From positions 62,001 to 126,000 of the forward strand of contig CBDAVP010000004.1 of assembly GCA_965201075.1 (NCBI GenBank): a stretch of DNA of 64,000 nucleotides. The letters are read 5' to 3'. Below the pieces are notes generated by a model. That model was not told where the DNA came from. It worked only from the letters and a program-made list of their open reading frames with translations, and searched no databases. This stretch comes from Isosphaeraceae bacterium. GTDB lineage: Bacteria > Planctomycetota > Planctomycetia > Isosphaerales > Isosphaeraceae. Both the position numbers and the translations under genes were made by a program. Positions 17,690-26,820 of the stretch are shown here, piece after piece; position 1 is the first letter of the stretch; each line of letters begins with the position of its first letter.

Positions 17690-19434
17690 GCCTGGACCTC
17701 AACCGTTGCCGACGGTTGGGAGTCGCTCGGGACCGCCAGATGTTGGCACTCCCGAGACCAGTCGACCTTGTAGGAGCGCAGGCCGCGACGGAGCCTCCGG
17801 CCGAAGGTCCGGTCGATGTCGGGCGGATCGTCCGGGCCTGGCGGGCGGAGTTCTTCCAGAACGTCCCGCCGCAGGAGCAGGCAGCCAAAGCCGCTGCCGC
17901 CGACCTCCTGAACTCCCCGGCCGCCGCCGAGGTTGACCTCCTCGTGATCCCAGACGACATAGGCGGGGTGTTGTCGTGCCCGGTAGGGGGCGGCCACCGC
18001 GTCGGTTCCGGGGTCGAGGCAGCGGAGGAGGGCCTCGATCACGTCGGTCGGGGGGATCACGTCGTCCTCGACGATCAGAACGAAGGGGGTCGCGACCTCC
18101 ACGGCCAGCCCGGCGTAGATCCGCGAGCAGGCCCGGCGGACCTCGGCCAGATGTTCGCCCCGAGGCCGGTCGGCCAGCCCCGGCGCACCAACCGGGCGGG
18201 CCGAGTAGCGGACGTCCGGATAGTCGCAACTCGCCAGAAAGTCACGGACGGTCCGGGAGAAGGCCGAGGCGCCCGAGGTGTCGGATAGAAGCAGCCGACA
18301 CTGGTCCCTCGGCCATTGCTGGTCTTTCAGCCAGCGGGCATACGCCTCCCAGGCCGACGCCCGGCCCGCCAGCGGGGTGAAGATGGTCACGTCGGCTGCG
18401 CCCAGCGCCGCGGAGTCGTAAAAGTCGGGCCACCCCTGAGATGGCTCATCGGTCGCCGCGCGGAACCGCGACGGTTGACGAACCCCCTTCCAGCCTTGAT
18501 CGAAAACCCGTCGCCAGATCACCCGATCGGCCGAAGTTAGCGGCACGTTCGCCGCCCGGCAAGCGTTGGCGGTGAGCACCGCCGAGCGTCTCACGAGGCT
18601 TCCCCGGTGCACGATCCAGGGGCGTCGATCGACCGTCCTGGGTTCGAATTCGGGGGCGAAGGACCGGCCCATCAGCGGTCCCCCGTGCTCCCAGTCGGAA
18701 TAGACCACCCCCACCGTGGGGTCGGCGAAGAGCGGCACGCCCCGCTCAAGGTAATCCACCGCGGGCTCGTCTCCGGGCTCAAGAAACCAAAGGATGTCCG
18801 CCTCGGCCGCCTCCACCGCCGCCCGTTGGTTCGCGAGCGCGTCGGCCTCGCCTTCCCTCGGGCGGACGTACCGAAGTCCCTCCGGTGTCGATCCCACTCC
18901 CGGGTGAGGACCGACGACCAGAACCTCGGTCGGCGCTCTTGTTTGCTCGCGAACCCGAGCCAGCAGCGAGGCGAGGACCCTCGCGTCGATTCCACCTGGC
19001 AGGACGACCGCGACCGGCCACGAGGGGGTGGCGATCGGAAGTGCGGGCGTTGGCTCGGGTTTGGGATCGCGAGGTGTTGGTTCCGCGCCGGGACGAGGTT
19101 GAACGGCGAGTTCCCGGGACACCCACCGTAAGATCAGTGCGGCCCGTTCCGGAGAGGCGCCGGGGGTCCCGCGTCGCTTGGCCTCGGAGAGAGTCCGGCT
19201 GACCAGCGAGGCGACAACCGGGTTGATCCTCCCCAAATTGGGGATCGGCCGCCGGCAGCAGGCCCGGCATGCATCGACGCCCACCGGTACGCCCTGCGGA
19301 TCGGTCCCGGCGATCTCGGCGGCGAGGCGGCAGCAGGCCGGGCTCCCGTCTTTCGACGACGATTCCCGATGCGGGCAGTCCGCGGGTTCTCGGACTTGAG
19401 CCTCGGCCGGTCCGGGCGGTCGCCTCGGCTCCAT
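17686..19434 (-). CDS. Two-domain glycosyltransferase with Cys-rich N-terminal module
   Basis: CRACC module; degenerate GT2 domain (GVVYSD); second domain IFTPLAGR..IVEDDV..GFGCLLLRR. Confidence 0.75.
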   Translation of the reverse strand: MEPRRPPGPAEAQVREPADCPHRESSSKDGSPACCRLAAEIAGTDPQGVPVGVDACRACCRRPIPNLGRINPVVASLVSRTLSEAKRRGTPGASPERAALILRWVSRELAVQPRPGAEPTPRDPKPEPTPALPIATPSWPVAVVLPGGIDARVLASLLARVREQTRAPTEVLVVGPHPGVGSTPEGLRYVRPREGEADALANQRAAVEAAEADILWFLEPGDEPAVDYLERGVPLFADPTVGVVYSDWEHGGPLMGRSFAPEFEPRTVDRRPWIVHRGSLVRRSAVLTANACRAANVPLTSADRVIWRRVFDQGWKGVRQPSRFRAATDEPSQGWPDFYDSAALGAADVTIFTPLAGRASAWEAYARWLKDQQWPRDQCRLLLSDTSGASAFSRTVRDFLASCDYPDVRYSARPVGAPGLADRPRGEHLAEVRRACSRIYAGLAVEVATPFVLIVEDDVIPPTDVIEALLRCLDPGTDAVAAPYRARQHPAYVVWDHEEVNLGGGRGVQEVGGSGFGCLLLRRDVLEELRPPGPDDPPDIDRTFGRRLRRGLRSYKVDWSRECQHLAVPSDSQPSATVEVQA

Positions 19435-19477
19435 CGTCGCGCATCCCCCGGAGGATCGGGCGGGCCGCCCGGATCAA

Positions 19478-19672
19478 TCAATCGCAGGGGGTCACCACCC
19501 GCTCGCCGACATACTCACCCGGAGAGGTCTGGGGGTCGAGCGGGCGATACGACCGGCCAAACGCCTTGGTCGAGTCGACGACGATCCACTCCTTGCCGGT
19601 CCATTCCTGGACAACGGTATGCTTGGCAGCAATGAAATGGCATTCTTGAGGCGGCTTGCCTGTCGCGCTCAC
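19478..19672 (-). CDS. Small 64-aa protein of unknown function
   Basis: GAGGAGG RBS 7 nt before GTG; EWTGKEW..PGEYVGERVVTPC; co-oriented between kinase and GT genes. Confidence 0.7.
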   Translation of the reverse strand: MSATGKPPQECHFIAAKHTVVQEWTGKEWIVVDSTKAFGRSYRPLDPQTSPGEYVGERVVTPCD

Positions 19673-19774
19673 GGGTTATCCTCCTCGGCAAAGAGGCACC
19701 GCCCGTCGGAAGGGGGCGAGGTGTTGGGAAGCGGGAGCAAACATGGGCGTGGGCCAGTTTGACGCACATGGTCA

Positions 19775-22700
19775 TCAATCACAAGTCCTTGCCACGCGAA
19801 ATCCGACTGGGCGGCTCCGATCGACCCGTCGGTGGGGGTTCCTCGTCGTGAGCCCGACCATCGAGAGCCGAGAGTCATAGGCCCCGCCCCTCTGCCAGCC
19901 ATCCACCGAGACCGGGCCGGGGGCCTCGCGATCCTCGGCGGGGCCGTGGATGAAGGGACCCTCGCACCACTCGTAAAGGTTGCCCAGGGTGTCGAAGAGT
20001 CCGAAGCGGTTGGGCTTCAGGCTCGCCACCTTGTGAGGCTCACCCTCCGCGTTCTGGACCGTCCAGGCGAACTTCGAGAGCCAGGGCTCGCAACGGCCAA
20101 AGAAGTAGGGCTCGGTCGACCCGGCCCGGCAGGCGTGGATCCATTCGGCCTCGGTCGGCAGGCGATACCCGCGGCGCTTGAGGTAATCCGGGTAAGGGGT
20201 CATTCCCTCGACGATCTGGTCGAGCGGGGGATAGGCCATCTGGTCCTCGGGCAAGCCTTCCCTTTCACTGAGCCGACGACAGAACCGCGCCGCGTCGTAC
20301 CAGTTGAGCGAGGCGGCCGGCAGCTCGCCTGGGACGCTCGCCACGTCGCCCGGGGGAGCGAGCCCGAGGACGGCCCGGTACTGATCGCGGGTGACCTCGG
20401 TCGTCCCGATCGCGTAGGACCTCGGGATCGTGACCGGCTTCGACTCGCGCCCCTCTCCCCGGACGACCGCCGGACCGGGGATCACCGCCAGGGTCATTCC
20501 CAAGGGGTTCGCGAACCAGTTCCAGCCCGGCCGGGGCGCGCCCGAGGAGGTTTGGCGGTCGGCCGACTGGAGGTCCGCCTGGCGACCGGCGCGTCTCAGG
20601 GCCCAGCCCGCCGCGGAGTGGACCCCCGGGTCGGGGTCGCCTCGGTACAGATCCAGCAGGCGTCGAACCAGCGACGAAGGGCTCCGCTCCGGCGCGAAAT
20701 CCTGGGCGGTCTCCCCCAGGGTCAAGGCGATCGCCTGACGGACCACCGGGTCATTGGTCGCGTCGAGGTGTCTGGCGAGAAGCTCGGGTCCCACCCGCGC
20801 CGGGCCCAGTTCGTGGATCAGCCGGGTGCGGGTCGTCAAATCCGCCCCCCGACCCAGTTCCGCCCAGGCCGGCCCACTGGGGTCGAGCCTCAGCAGGAGG
20901 ATCACGGCATTGGTCCGCGCCCGGTCGGCGTCCGAGGCGGGTTGGCCCGGGGGCTCGCGCAACCGGCCCAGCAGCGTCGGCACGACCCGTCCGGCGTGCG
21001 GAGCTAGCGACGAGATCAGCGCGCCCAGCTGGCGAGGTTCGGCTCGCAAGGCCAAGGGGAGGAGCGAATCGGGGTCGTCGCGCAGGTAGTCCGCCAGGGC
21101 GCAGGCGGCGAGGTACCGATCATCCGCCGCTTCGGAGCCCAGGCAGGTCCGCGTGAGCCGGCCGACGAGCTTCGGGGCCAGGGGCCGAAGGGCTTCCACC
21201 CACTGGCCGACCATCGGCTCGCCCTGACTGAGCAAGAGGGGGACCGCCGGGCCGTCGTCGCCGCCGTGGCGGGGGTCGTCCGGCTCGAAATCGGCCAGGG
21301 CGCAGGTGGCCCGCAGGCGACGTCCGGGGTCGGCCTCGGCGTCCAACGCCATCGTCCAGAGTCCCGCGCTCAGGGCTTCTCGATGGGGCCGTAGGGCCGC
21401 GCGGATGGTCAGGAAGTCTCGTGGAGTCGCCATCAGCATCCGCTCGGTCAGCGGGCTGACCTGTCCCGGGTCGGCGGGCAGCAGGGCCAACCTGGCATTG
21501 AGGACGCGGCGGCTCTCCGGCGGGGCGTTTCGTCCTTGTGCCTCTTCGGCGAGCATTGGGTCGAGCCATCGTCGGAAGGGGGAAAGCCGCGGCACGATCG
21601 CCGGGACGTCGTCGGTCGCGGCGTCGACGACCCGGTCGCGCAATGACGATGCCTGGAACCGGCCAAACACCTCGGCCCCGGTCAGGGCCAGGACCGTCGC
21701 GGCCGCCGCCGCCACCAGGCCACGGGCCGCGTGATGTCGCCACGAGGCCCTCACCAGCGCCCGTTCGGGCGCCGACCAGAGCCGTCGCCTGGTCAAGGCT
21801 TCGGTCGCCAGCAGTTCCCAGGCCGAGAGCAACCAGCGGCGGCCGGGGTGGACCGACCAGTCCGACGCCCGCTCGGCCAGTCGCAAGGCCGCCCGACCCC
21901 GCCGGGTTTCCCGCTCCTTGCGGGTCAGCCAGTCTTCCAGGGGCTGAACCAGGTAGTCGTGGGTGAGCTGATAAAAGCTCTCCGAGGCGCCTGCCGACTG
22001 GCCGGCGTCGGTGGGGGTCATCAGGCGGAGTTCGCGGTCCAGGATGCGGATCAACGCGTCGAAATCCTCGGGCCGTCCCTCGTAACCCGCGATCTCTCGG
22101 AGTTCGCCTTCGGAGCGCATCTCCCCTTTGATCCGCGAGCCGGTCTGAGGCAAGAGCGACTTGAGGACCGCCTGGGCCGCTTTGCGATGAAGGCGATGCT
22201 CCGGGGGGGCCCCCCCCGCCGCGAAGGTCTCCTCCAGAAACGCCACGCCCACCCCGCGAGTTCCGCCCACGGCCTTCAAGGTGGCTGGGGACCACGGGCG
22301 GGATTTGGTCATCTCGGCGAACAGGGCGAGCCGCACCGGCACGACCTTGCCATCTTGGCTCAGGCCCGCGACGGCCGAATCCAGAAACGCCTTCTGCTCG
22401 GCGGTCTGGTCACGGTGGCGTTCCGGCAAGATCCCATACGCCCGCCCGAACGCCGCCAGCACCCGTCGGGCGTGGTCCGCGTCGAACAGGTCGACCATCG
22501 CGGCGTTCTCTCCCTCGACGAGACGGATCTCCACATCCTTCATGAACCGACTCGCGGCCAGCCAGAAGTCGTCGCGGACCATCACCAGGGCCTGCACTCG
22601 CTCGCCGTCGCACTGCCGAAGCGCGGCGACGAGTTCCTCCCCTCCTCCGGAGCCCCGGGCCAGCAGCCATTGCTCGAACTGGTCAATCACCACCAGCAAC

Positions 22701-24181
22701 TTCCGCCCCTGGTGCAGGCCGCGACCGCGCCTCAACTCGCCAATCTGGCCGGCAAGGTCGAGGTCCGCCCGTTCTCCCAGCCCCATGCGGCTCAGCGCCA
22801 GGGCGAGGCGGGACTCGGTCTCCTCGGGGGTCGCCTCGATGTAGACCGGCCGGACCCATTCCCCGAGCCTGGGCAGCAGGCCCGCCTTGACCATCGACGA
22901 CTTGCCACAACCGGAGGGGCCATAGATCAGCCCGACCTTGAAGGCGAAGTTCGGGTCGGTCGACTCGATCCGGGTCTTCCAGAACCGCAGCGTTTCGGGA
23001 AGTCCCTCGCGGTCCCGAGGTCCGGGCAGAAGGTTCAGAAAGAAGTCGGCGTCCCGGTCGTCAAAGGAGCGGAGCCCCTTGGGGACCACCGAGGCCCGAT
23101 CCCGAGGGAGCCCTGCCTCGGCCGAGGAGTCCGTGATTTTACGCTCATCCCTCTGCGAGGACGGCGGGGCAAAGCCGACTTCGGGAGTTCGCTTGAGATA
23201 CTGCCGGAGGTCATCGGCCATGTCGAGCGCCGTGTTGTAGCGATCCGCGGCGCGTTTGGCCATCGCCTTGAGACAGATTCGCTCGACCTCCCGAGGAATG
23301 GCGTCGTCAATCTGCCGAGGCGGCCGAACCTCCAGTCGGATGATCCGGCCCAGGAGTTCCTCCCGGGAGGTGCCGGTGAACGCCATCCGGCCGGTCAACA
23401 ACTCATAGAAGACCGCCCCCAGGCTAAAAACGTCGCAACGGCCGTCGACCCGGTGCCCTTCGCCCCTGGCCTGCTCTGGGCTCATGTAGGCCGGGGTGCC
23501 CGCGTGGCGGGCTCGTCGCCCAAAATCTTCGTCCCTCAACGCGAGGCCAAAGTCGGTCAGGTGGGGTTGTCCCCACACATCCAGCAGGATGTTCGCCGGC
23601 TTGACGTCCCGATGGACCAACCCTCGGGAGTGGGCATGGTGCAACGCCTCGGCCATCGTGGCCACGATCCCCGCCGACTCCCCCGGAGTCAGCCGCCCCT
23701 CGCGGATACGGACCGCCAGATCGCTGCCCTCAATGTATTTGGAGACGACGAAGCAAAAGCCCTCTTCGTCTCGGCCCGTGTCGTGGACGGGGACGATATG
23801 GGGATGGTCGAGACTGGCCACGGCTCGGGCCTCATCCAGGTAAGCCTGGACATCCTCGGCCTTGGCGACCCGGTGAAAGTGCGGCACCTTGACGGCGACG
23901 GATCGGTAGAGGTCGTCGTCGCGGGCCAGGTAAACCTTGCCGAACCCTCCCTCTCCCAGGGGCCCAAGGACCCGATATCGCCCAATCACCCGGGGGCACG
24001 ACCGCGCGGCGACCGACCCGTTCAACGCGTCGTCCGCGAATGTCAACGACAGGGGGTCCGCGAACCGGGGTTCGGCCACGCCCGGGGGGGCCGGGCCGGT
24101 CCGCGTCGCCAAAGCGGTCGTCTCCAGGCCTTCACGACCCGACGGCGTGGCCGGCGTTGGGAATTCCGAGTCGTGCACCAT
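19775..24181 (-). CDS. Ser/Thr kinase - P-loop NTPase (STAND-like) - helical repeats - FGE-sulfatase/SUMF1 domain protein
   Basis: GEGGFG, VAVK, HRDVKPAN, DFG; PKGLRSF, GPSGCGKSS (Walker A), VIDQFE (Walker B); TEVT, RLPTEAEW, PNRFGLFDTLGNLYEWC, GFRVART. Confidence 0.9.
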   Translation of the reverse strand: MVHDSEFPTPATPSGREGLETTALATRTGPAPPGVAEPRFADPLSLTFADDALNGSVAARSCPRVIGRYRVLGPLGEGGFGKVYLARDDDLYRSVAVKVPHFHRVAKAEDVQAYLDEARAVASLDHPHIVPVHDTGRDEEGFCFVVSKYIEGSDLAVRIREGRLTPGESAGIVATMAEALHHAHSRGLVHRDVKPANILLDVWGQPHLTDFGLALRDEDFGRRARHAGTPAYMSPEQARGEGHRVDGRCDVFSLGAVFYELLTGRMAFTGTSREELLGRIIRLEVRPPRQIDDAIPREVERICLKAMAKRAADRYNTALDMADDLRQYLKRTPEVGFAPPSSQRDERKITDSSAEAGLPRDRASVVPKGLRSFDDRDADFFLNLLPGPRDREGLPETLRFWKTRIESTDPNFAFKVGLIYGPSGCGKSSMVKAGLLPRLGEWVRPVYIEATPEETESRLALALSRMGLGERADLDLAGQIGELRRGRGLHQGRKLLVVIDQFEQWLLARGSGGGEELVAALRQCDGERVQALVMVRDDFWLAASRFMKDVEIRLVEGENAAMVDLFDADHARRVLAAFGRAYGILPERHRDQTAEQKAFLDSAVAGLSQDGKVVPVRLALFAEMTKSRPWSPATLKAVGGTRGVGVAFLEETFAAGGAPPEHRLHRKAAQAVLKSLLPQTGSRIKGEMRSEGELREIAGYEGRPEDFDALIRILDRELRLMTPTDAGQSAGASESFYQLTHDYLVQPLEDWLTRKERETRRGRAALRLAERASDWSVHPGRRWLLSAWELLATEALTRRRLWSAPERALVRASWRHHAARGLVAAAAATVLALTGAEVFGRFQASSLRDRVVDAATDDVPAIVPRLSPFRRWLDPMLAEEAQGRNAPPESRRVLNARLALLPADPGQVSPLTERMLMATPRDFLTIRAALRPHREALSAGLWTMALDAEADPGRRLRATCALADFEPDDPRHGGDDGPAVPLLLSQGEPMVGQWVEALRPLAPKLVGRLTRTCLGSEAADDRYLAACALADYLRDDPDSLLPLALRAEPRQLGALISSLAPHAGRVVPTLLGRLREPPGQPASDADRARTNAVILLLRLDPSGPAWAELGRGADLTTRTRLIHELGPARVGPELLARHLDATNDPVVRQAIALTLGETAQDFAPERSPSSLVRRLLDLYRGDPDPGVHSAAGWALRRAGRQADLQSADRQTSSGAPRPGWNWFANPLGMTLAVIPGPAVVRGEGRESKPVTIPRSYAIGTTEVTRDQYRAVLGLAPPGDVASVPGELPAASLNWYDAARFCRRLSEREGLPEDQMAYPPLDQIVEGMTPYPDYLKRRGYRLPTEAEWIHACRAGSTEPYFFGRCEPWLSKFAWTVQNAEGEPHKVASLKPNRFGLFDTLGNLYEWCEGPFIHGPAEDREAPGPVSVDGWQRGGAYDSRLSMVGLTTRNPHRRVDRSRPVGFRVARTCD

Positions 24182-24264
24182 GAGGTCTCGCAAGGACGTT
24201 ACCCAATCCTGACGATTCCACACGAAGATATCCCGACGTCCCTCCCCGGTCCAGGAACTAAAGG

Positions 24265-24465
24265 TTGAAGGGGACGCTCGGATTCCTGGCGGCAACGCGG
24301 AAATTCCACGAACGGCTCAACCAGTTGAGAGCCGAGATGGAGGCCCGCGACATCCGGTTTGTCTTGACGACCGACCCCCTCGTCATCGTCGACAACGAGC
24401 AAACCCCCAAGGTGATCGCCGATTCCCGGACGGATGACCCGCCGCCCACCGTCGCCAAGTCGTGA
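24265..24465 (+). CDS. Small hypothetical protein
   Basis: 66-aa ORF with coding-like GC3 bias, divergent from the kinase; TTG start uncertain. Confidence 0.4.
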   Translation: MKGTLGFLAATRKFHERLNQLRAEMEARDIRFVLTTDPLVIVDNEQTPKVIADSRTDDPPPTVAKS

Positions 24466-24558
24466 AGCGAGCGGCATCCTGTTCAGTCCGGGTTGGTACG
24501 TCGGATGCAGGTGGACCTTGATGCCGTCTCGCCCAACGGCCCTGACAAGGGACCAGCC

Positions 24559-24777
24559 ATGTTGATTCGCATCGGAAGACGTCTCACGCTACCGGCTCTT
24601 TTCGTTGGCCTGGCAACGCTGGCGGGGTGCGATCAGACCAAGCCGGAATCCGGCGCGGGGATCGGCCCCAGCACGACCGGGATGAACGGCTCCGGCTCGA
24701 CCGGCAATGGCACGGTCGCCAACGGCGGGACCGGCGAAACGGCCGGCTCGGGTGATGCCGGGACGACTGGCAGGTAA
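24559..24777 (+). CDS. Small Gly/Thr/Ser-rich lipoprotein
   Basis: Signal peptide with lipobox LAGC; AAGGGA upstream. Confidence 0.7.
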   Translation: MLIRIGRRLTLPALFVGLATLAGCDQTKPESGAGIGPSTTGMNGSGSTGNGTVANGGTGETAGSGDAGTTGR

Positions 24778-24849
24778 GGCTCCGATCAGCGGGCTGACCG
24801 CGATTAGCGACAGTTTGGCGACAAAGCCGCTCCGGCGAGCCCCGAAAAC

Positions 24850-24893
24850 AACCAGGGCCAGACAACTTACCTCGTTGTCTGGCCCTGGTTTTT
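24850..24893. terminator. Probable bidirectional intrinsic terminator
   Basis: 17-bp perfect stem aaccagggccagacaac / gttgtctggccctggtt with T-run; lies between convergent lipoprotein gene and tRNA-Phe. Confidence 0.85.
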
Positions 24894-24899
24894 CATCAA

Positions 24900-24972
24900 T
24901 GGGCAGAGGCGGGATCGAACCGCCGACACCGGCATTTTCAGTGCCGTGCTCTACCAGCTGAGCTATCTGCCC
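24900..24972 (-). tRNA. tRNA-Phe(GAA), no encoded CCA
   Basis: GGGCAGATAGCTCAGCTGGTAGAGC..CGGCA-CTGAAAA-TGCCG..GGTTCGATCC..TCTGCCCA. Confidence 0.97.
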
Positions 24973-24992
24973 GCATGGCGGGAACGCCTTCG

Positions 24993-25021
24993 AAAGTAGT
25001 CGCCCCTGGCGCGCTTGTCAA
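24993..25021 (-). promoter_or_regulatory. Sigma70-type promoter of tRNA-Phe
   Basis: TTGACA-N17-TACTTT on minus strand, 20 nt before the tRNA. Confidence 0.75.
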
Positions 25022-25243
25022 TCGCGAGCAAGGTTTTCCACGACCTTGACGGTGTTTCCCTGTCCAGAACCCGCAAAGAGGGTTGGTCCTGACCCTCGGG
25101 TGGATTCGTTGCGGTGAAATCCTACGGTTTGCCGCGGAAACCCGAGGTTGGGAAATTGTCGCCAGGCGAGTTCTCATTGGGGAACTCGATCGCGTAGGGT
25201 TCCGGAGAGGGCGTAGCCGGGGCTCCAGGCCAACGAGGGTTGC

Positions 25244-26293
25244 ATGGCGAAGTTGTCCGCCGGTCAGGGGCGGCTCGCTCGGCTGTTCCAACTGCTCTTG
25301 CTCCTGGGTTCCGGCCGCTGCCCCAATGCTCGCGGTCTGTCCGAGGCGTGCGAGGTCAGCCGTCGCACAATCTATCGAGATCTGGAACTCCTGGAACTGG
25401 CGGGGGTTCCGGTCCAGTTCCGTTCCGAGCGACAGGGTTACGACTTGTCGCCCGGGTTCACCTTCGCCCCGCCTGCCCTGGACGAGGCCGAAGCCCTGGC
25501 TTTGGTCGTTTTGGTCCGACGCTGCGGGGAGGGCGATGACCTGGGACTGGCTCGCGACGGGCGGTCGGGCCTGCGGAAGTTGATTCAAACCCTCCCGGCC
25601 GAGGTTCGCGAGAAGGCCCGCAACCTGGCCGAGCCGGTGGGGCCGGGCAACGACCCGCCGCCGCCAGCTCCGGGCCGCATCGAAGTCTTTCAGGCCCTGC
25701 TCCAGTCCCTGGCTCGGCGCGTCCAGGTCCGCATCTGGACGCGCGGGGAGTCGTCCCAGGCGCTCGACGCCACCAAGTTCAGCCCCTATCAACTGGCCTT
25801 CGTCCCACCTGGATGGCGACTCACCGGCCGTTCCAGCGCCCATCGAGGCGTGCGGACGCTCCGGATTTCGCAGGTCCGCCGAGCCCTCCTGACCGACGAG
25901 CCCTTCGCCATTCCGCCCCGGTTCACCTCGGAGTTCTCCCACCGGAACGATCCCTCGGGCGACGGCTTCAACGTGCTGGCCAGGGTCGGACCCCGATCCC
26001 TCGCGGATGTCCTGGACGCCGCCGGGGGCCGCGTCCGCCTCATCGAGATGGCCGAGGACGGGGGCGCCTTGCTTCGCTGGAACGCGTCCGGACTCGCGAC
26101 GGGATTGACCTGGCTGCCCGACCTCACCTGCGACTTCGAGATCCTGGAACCCGCCGAATTTCGGCAAACGCTCGCGGACCTCGCCGCCCGCCTCCTGCGA
26201 GCCCACGACGACGGTCCCCCACGTCGCCAGTCCCGCGATCGCCGCGCTCAATCTCCCCAGGCCTTCTCCGAGACCTCCGCGACAGACCGTTGA
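25244..26293 (+). CDS. HTH-WYL domain transcriptional regulator (YafY/PafB-like)
   Basis: RLARLFQLL..CEVSRRTIYRDLELLELAGVP HTH; FSPYQL..WRLTG..RTLRISQV WYL-like domain; FEILEPAEFR. Confidence 0.88.
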   Translation: MAKLSAGQGRLARLFQLLLLLGSGRCPNARGLSEACEVSRRTIYRDLELLELAGVPVQFRSERQGYDLSPGFTFAPPALDEAEALALVVLVRRCGEGDDLGLARDGRSGLRKLIQTLPAEVREKARNLAEPVGPGNDPPPPAPGRIEVFQALLQSLARRVQVRIWTRGESSQALDATKFSPYQLAFVPPGWRLTGRSSAHRGVRTLRISQVRRALLTDEPFAIPPRFTSEFSHRNDPSGDGFNVLARVGPRSLADVLDAAGGRVRLIEMAEDGGALLRWNASGLATGLTWLPDLTCDFEILEPAEFRQTLADLAARLLRAHDDGPPRRQSRDRRAQSPQAFSETSATDR

Positions 26294-26317
26294 CGCCGGG
26301 TGGGCGGACATTACAAT
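26290..26317 (+). promoter_or_regulatory. Sigma70-type promoter of tRNA-Ile
   Basis: TTGACG-N16-TACAAT about 40 nt upstream of the tRNA. Confidence 0.7.
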
Positions 26318-26356
26318 GAGAGACCCTTCGCGATCGCAAGTCTCGCGAGGGTCATC

Positions 26357-26430
26357 GGGCGCATAGCTCAGTTGGCTAGAGCGCACCCCTGATAAGGGTG
26401 AGGTCCCAGGTTCAAATCCTGGTGCGCCCA
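26357..26430 (+). tRNA. tRNA-Ile(GAT), stand-alone, no encoded CCA
   Basis: GGGCGCATAGCTCAGTTGGCTAGAGC..CACCC-CTGATAA-GGGTG..GGTTCAAATCC..TGCGCCCA. Confidence 0.97.
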
Positions 26431-26655
26431 TTTTAAATTTCTCGTTGACAATGAGTCGCGGCGCGGTCGATTTGCGACGATCCGCTGTGACGATTTGGGA
26501 CGATGAATGGTTGGGTCAACCAGCCGTCTGAGAAAAATCGAAGCGAATTGCAAGGCGAGAGCCGGGTCCTGTCAATCGTCCAACCCGCCTCGCTCTCTCA
26601 TGACACAAATCCGACACACCATGGGCCGCCCATCGCCCTTGCAAAGGCAGTGAAG

Positions 26656-26687
26656 GGGCTTACGTCCAGAGGGCGTGAGCCCTTTTT
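26656..26687 (+). terminator. Intrinsic terminator
   Basis: Stem gggcttacgtc / ggcgtgagccc (two G-U pairs) followed by TTTTT. Confidence 0.75.
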
Positions 26688-26704
26688 CGTTCCAGGTCAG
26701 CCAT

Positions 26705-26733
26705 TGGACAACCCGCCCCCCACATCTTAAAAT
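26705..26733 (+). promoter_or_regulatory. Sigma70-type promoter upstream of rluB
   Basis: TGGACA-N17-TAAAAT. Confidence 0.6.
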
Positions 26734-26820
26734 CAAGATCTTCCGCCGGCGTAGCGCCGCTACGTTTTCGGCCCGTCCGACGGCCTCGACCGATCGCCCC
26801 CGCTCCCAGGCCCGCCTCCC

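Noticed and set aside
19775..19960. FGE-domain C-terminus as a diversity-generating retroelement target
   Set aside because: No reverse transcriptase and no template repeat noticed in this window; a remote DGR cannot be excluded
24900..26430. tRNA-anchored integrative element or prophage
   Set aside because: No integrase, no duplicated tRNA 3' end and no phage structural genes seen
24938..26431. Minus-strand ORFs overlapping tRNAs (24938-26431, 26368-26553) and similar ones at 43719-44049
   Set aside because: They translate tRNA sequence or the antisense of the WYL gene
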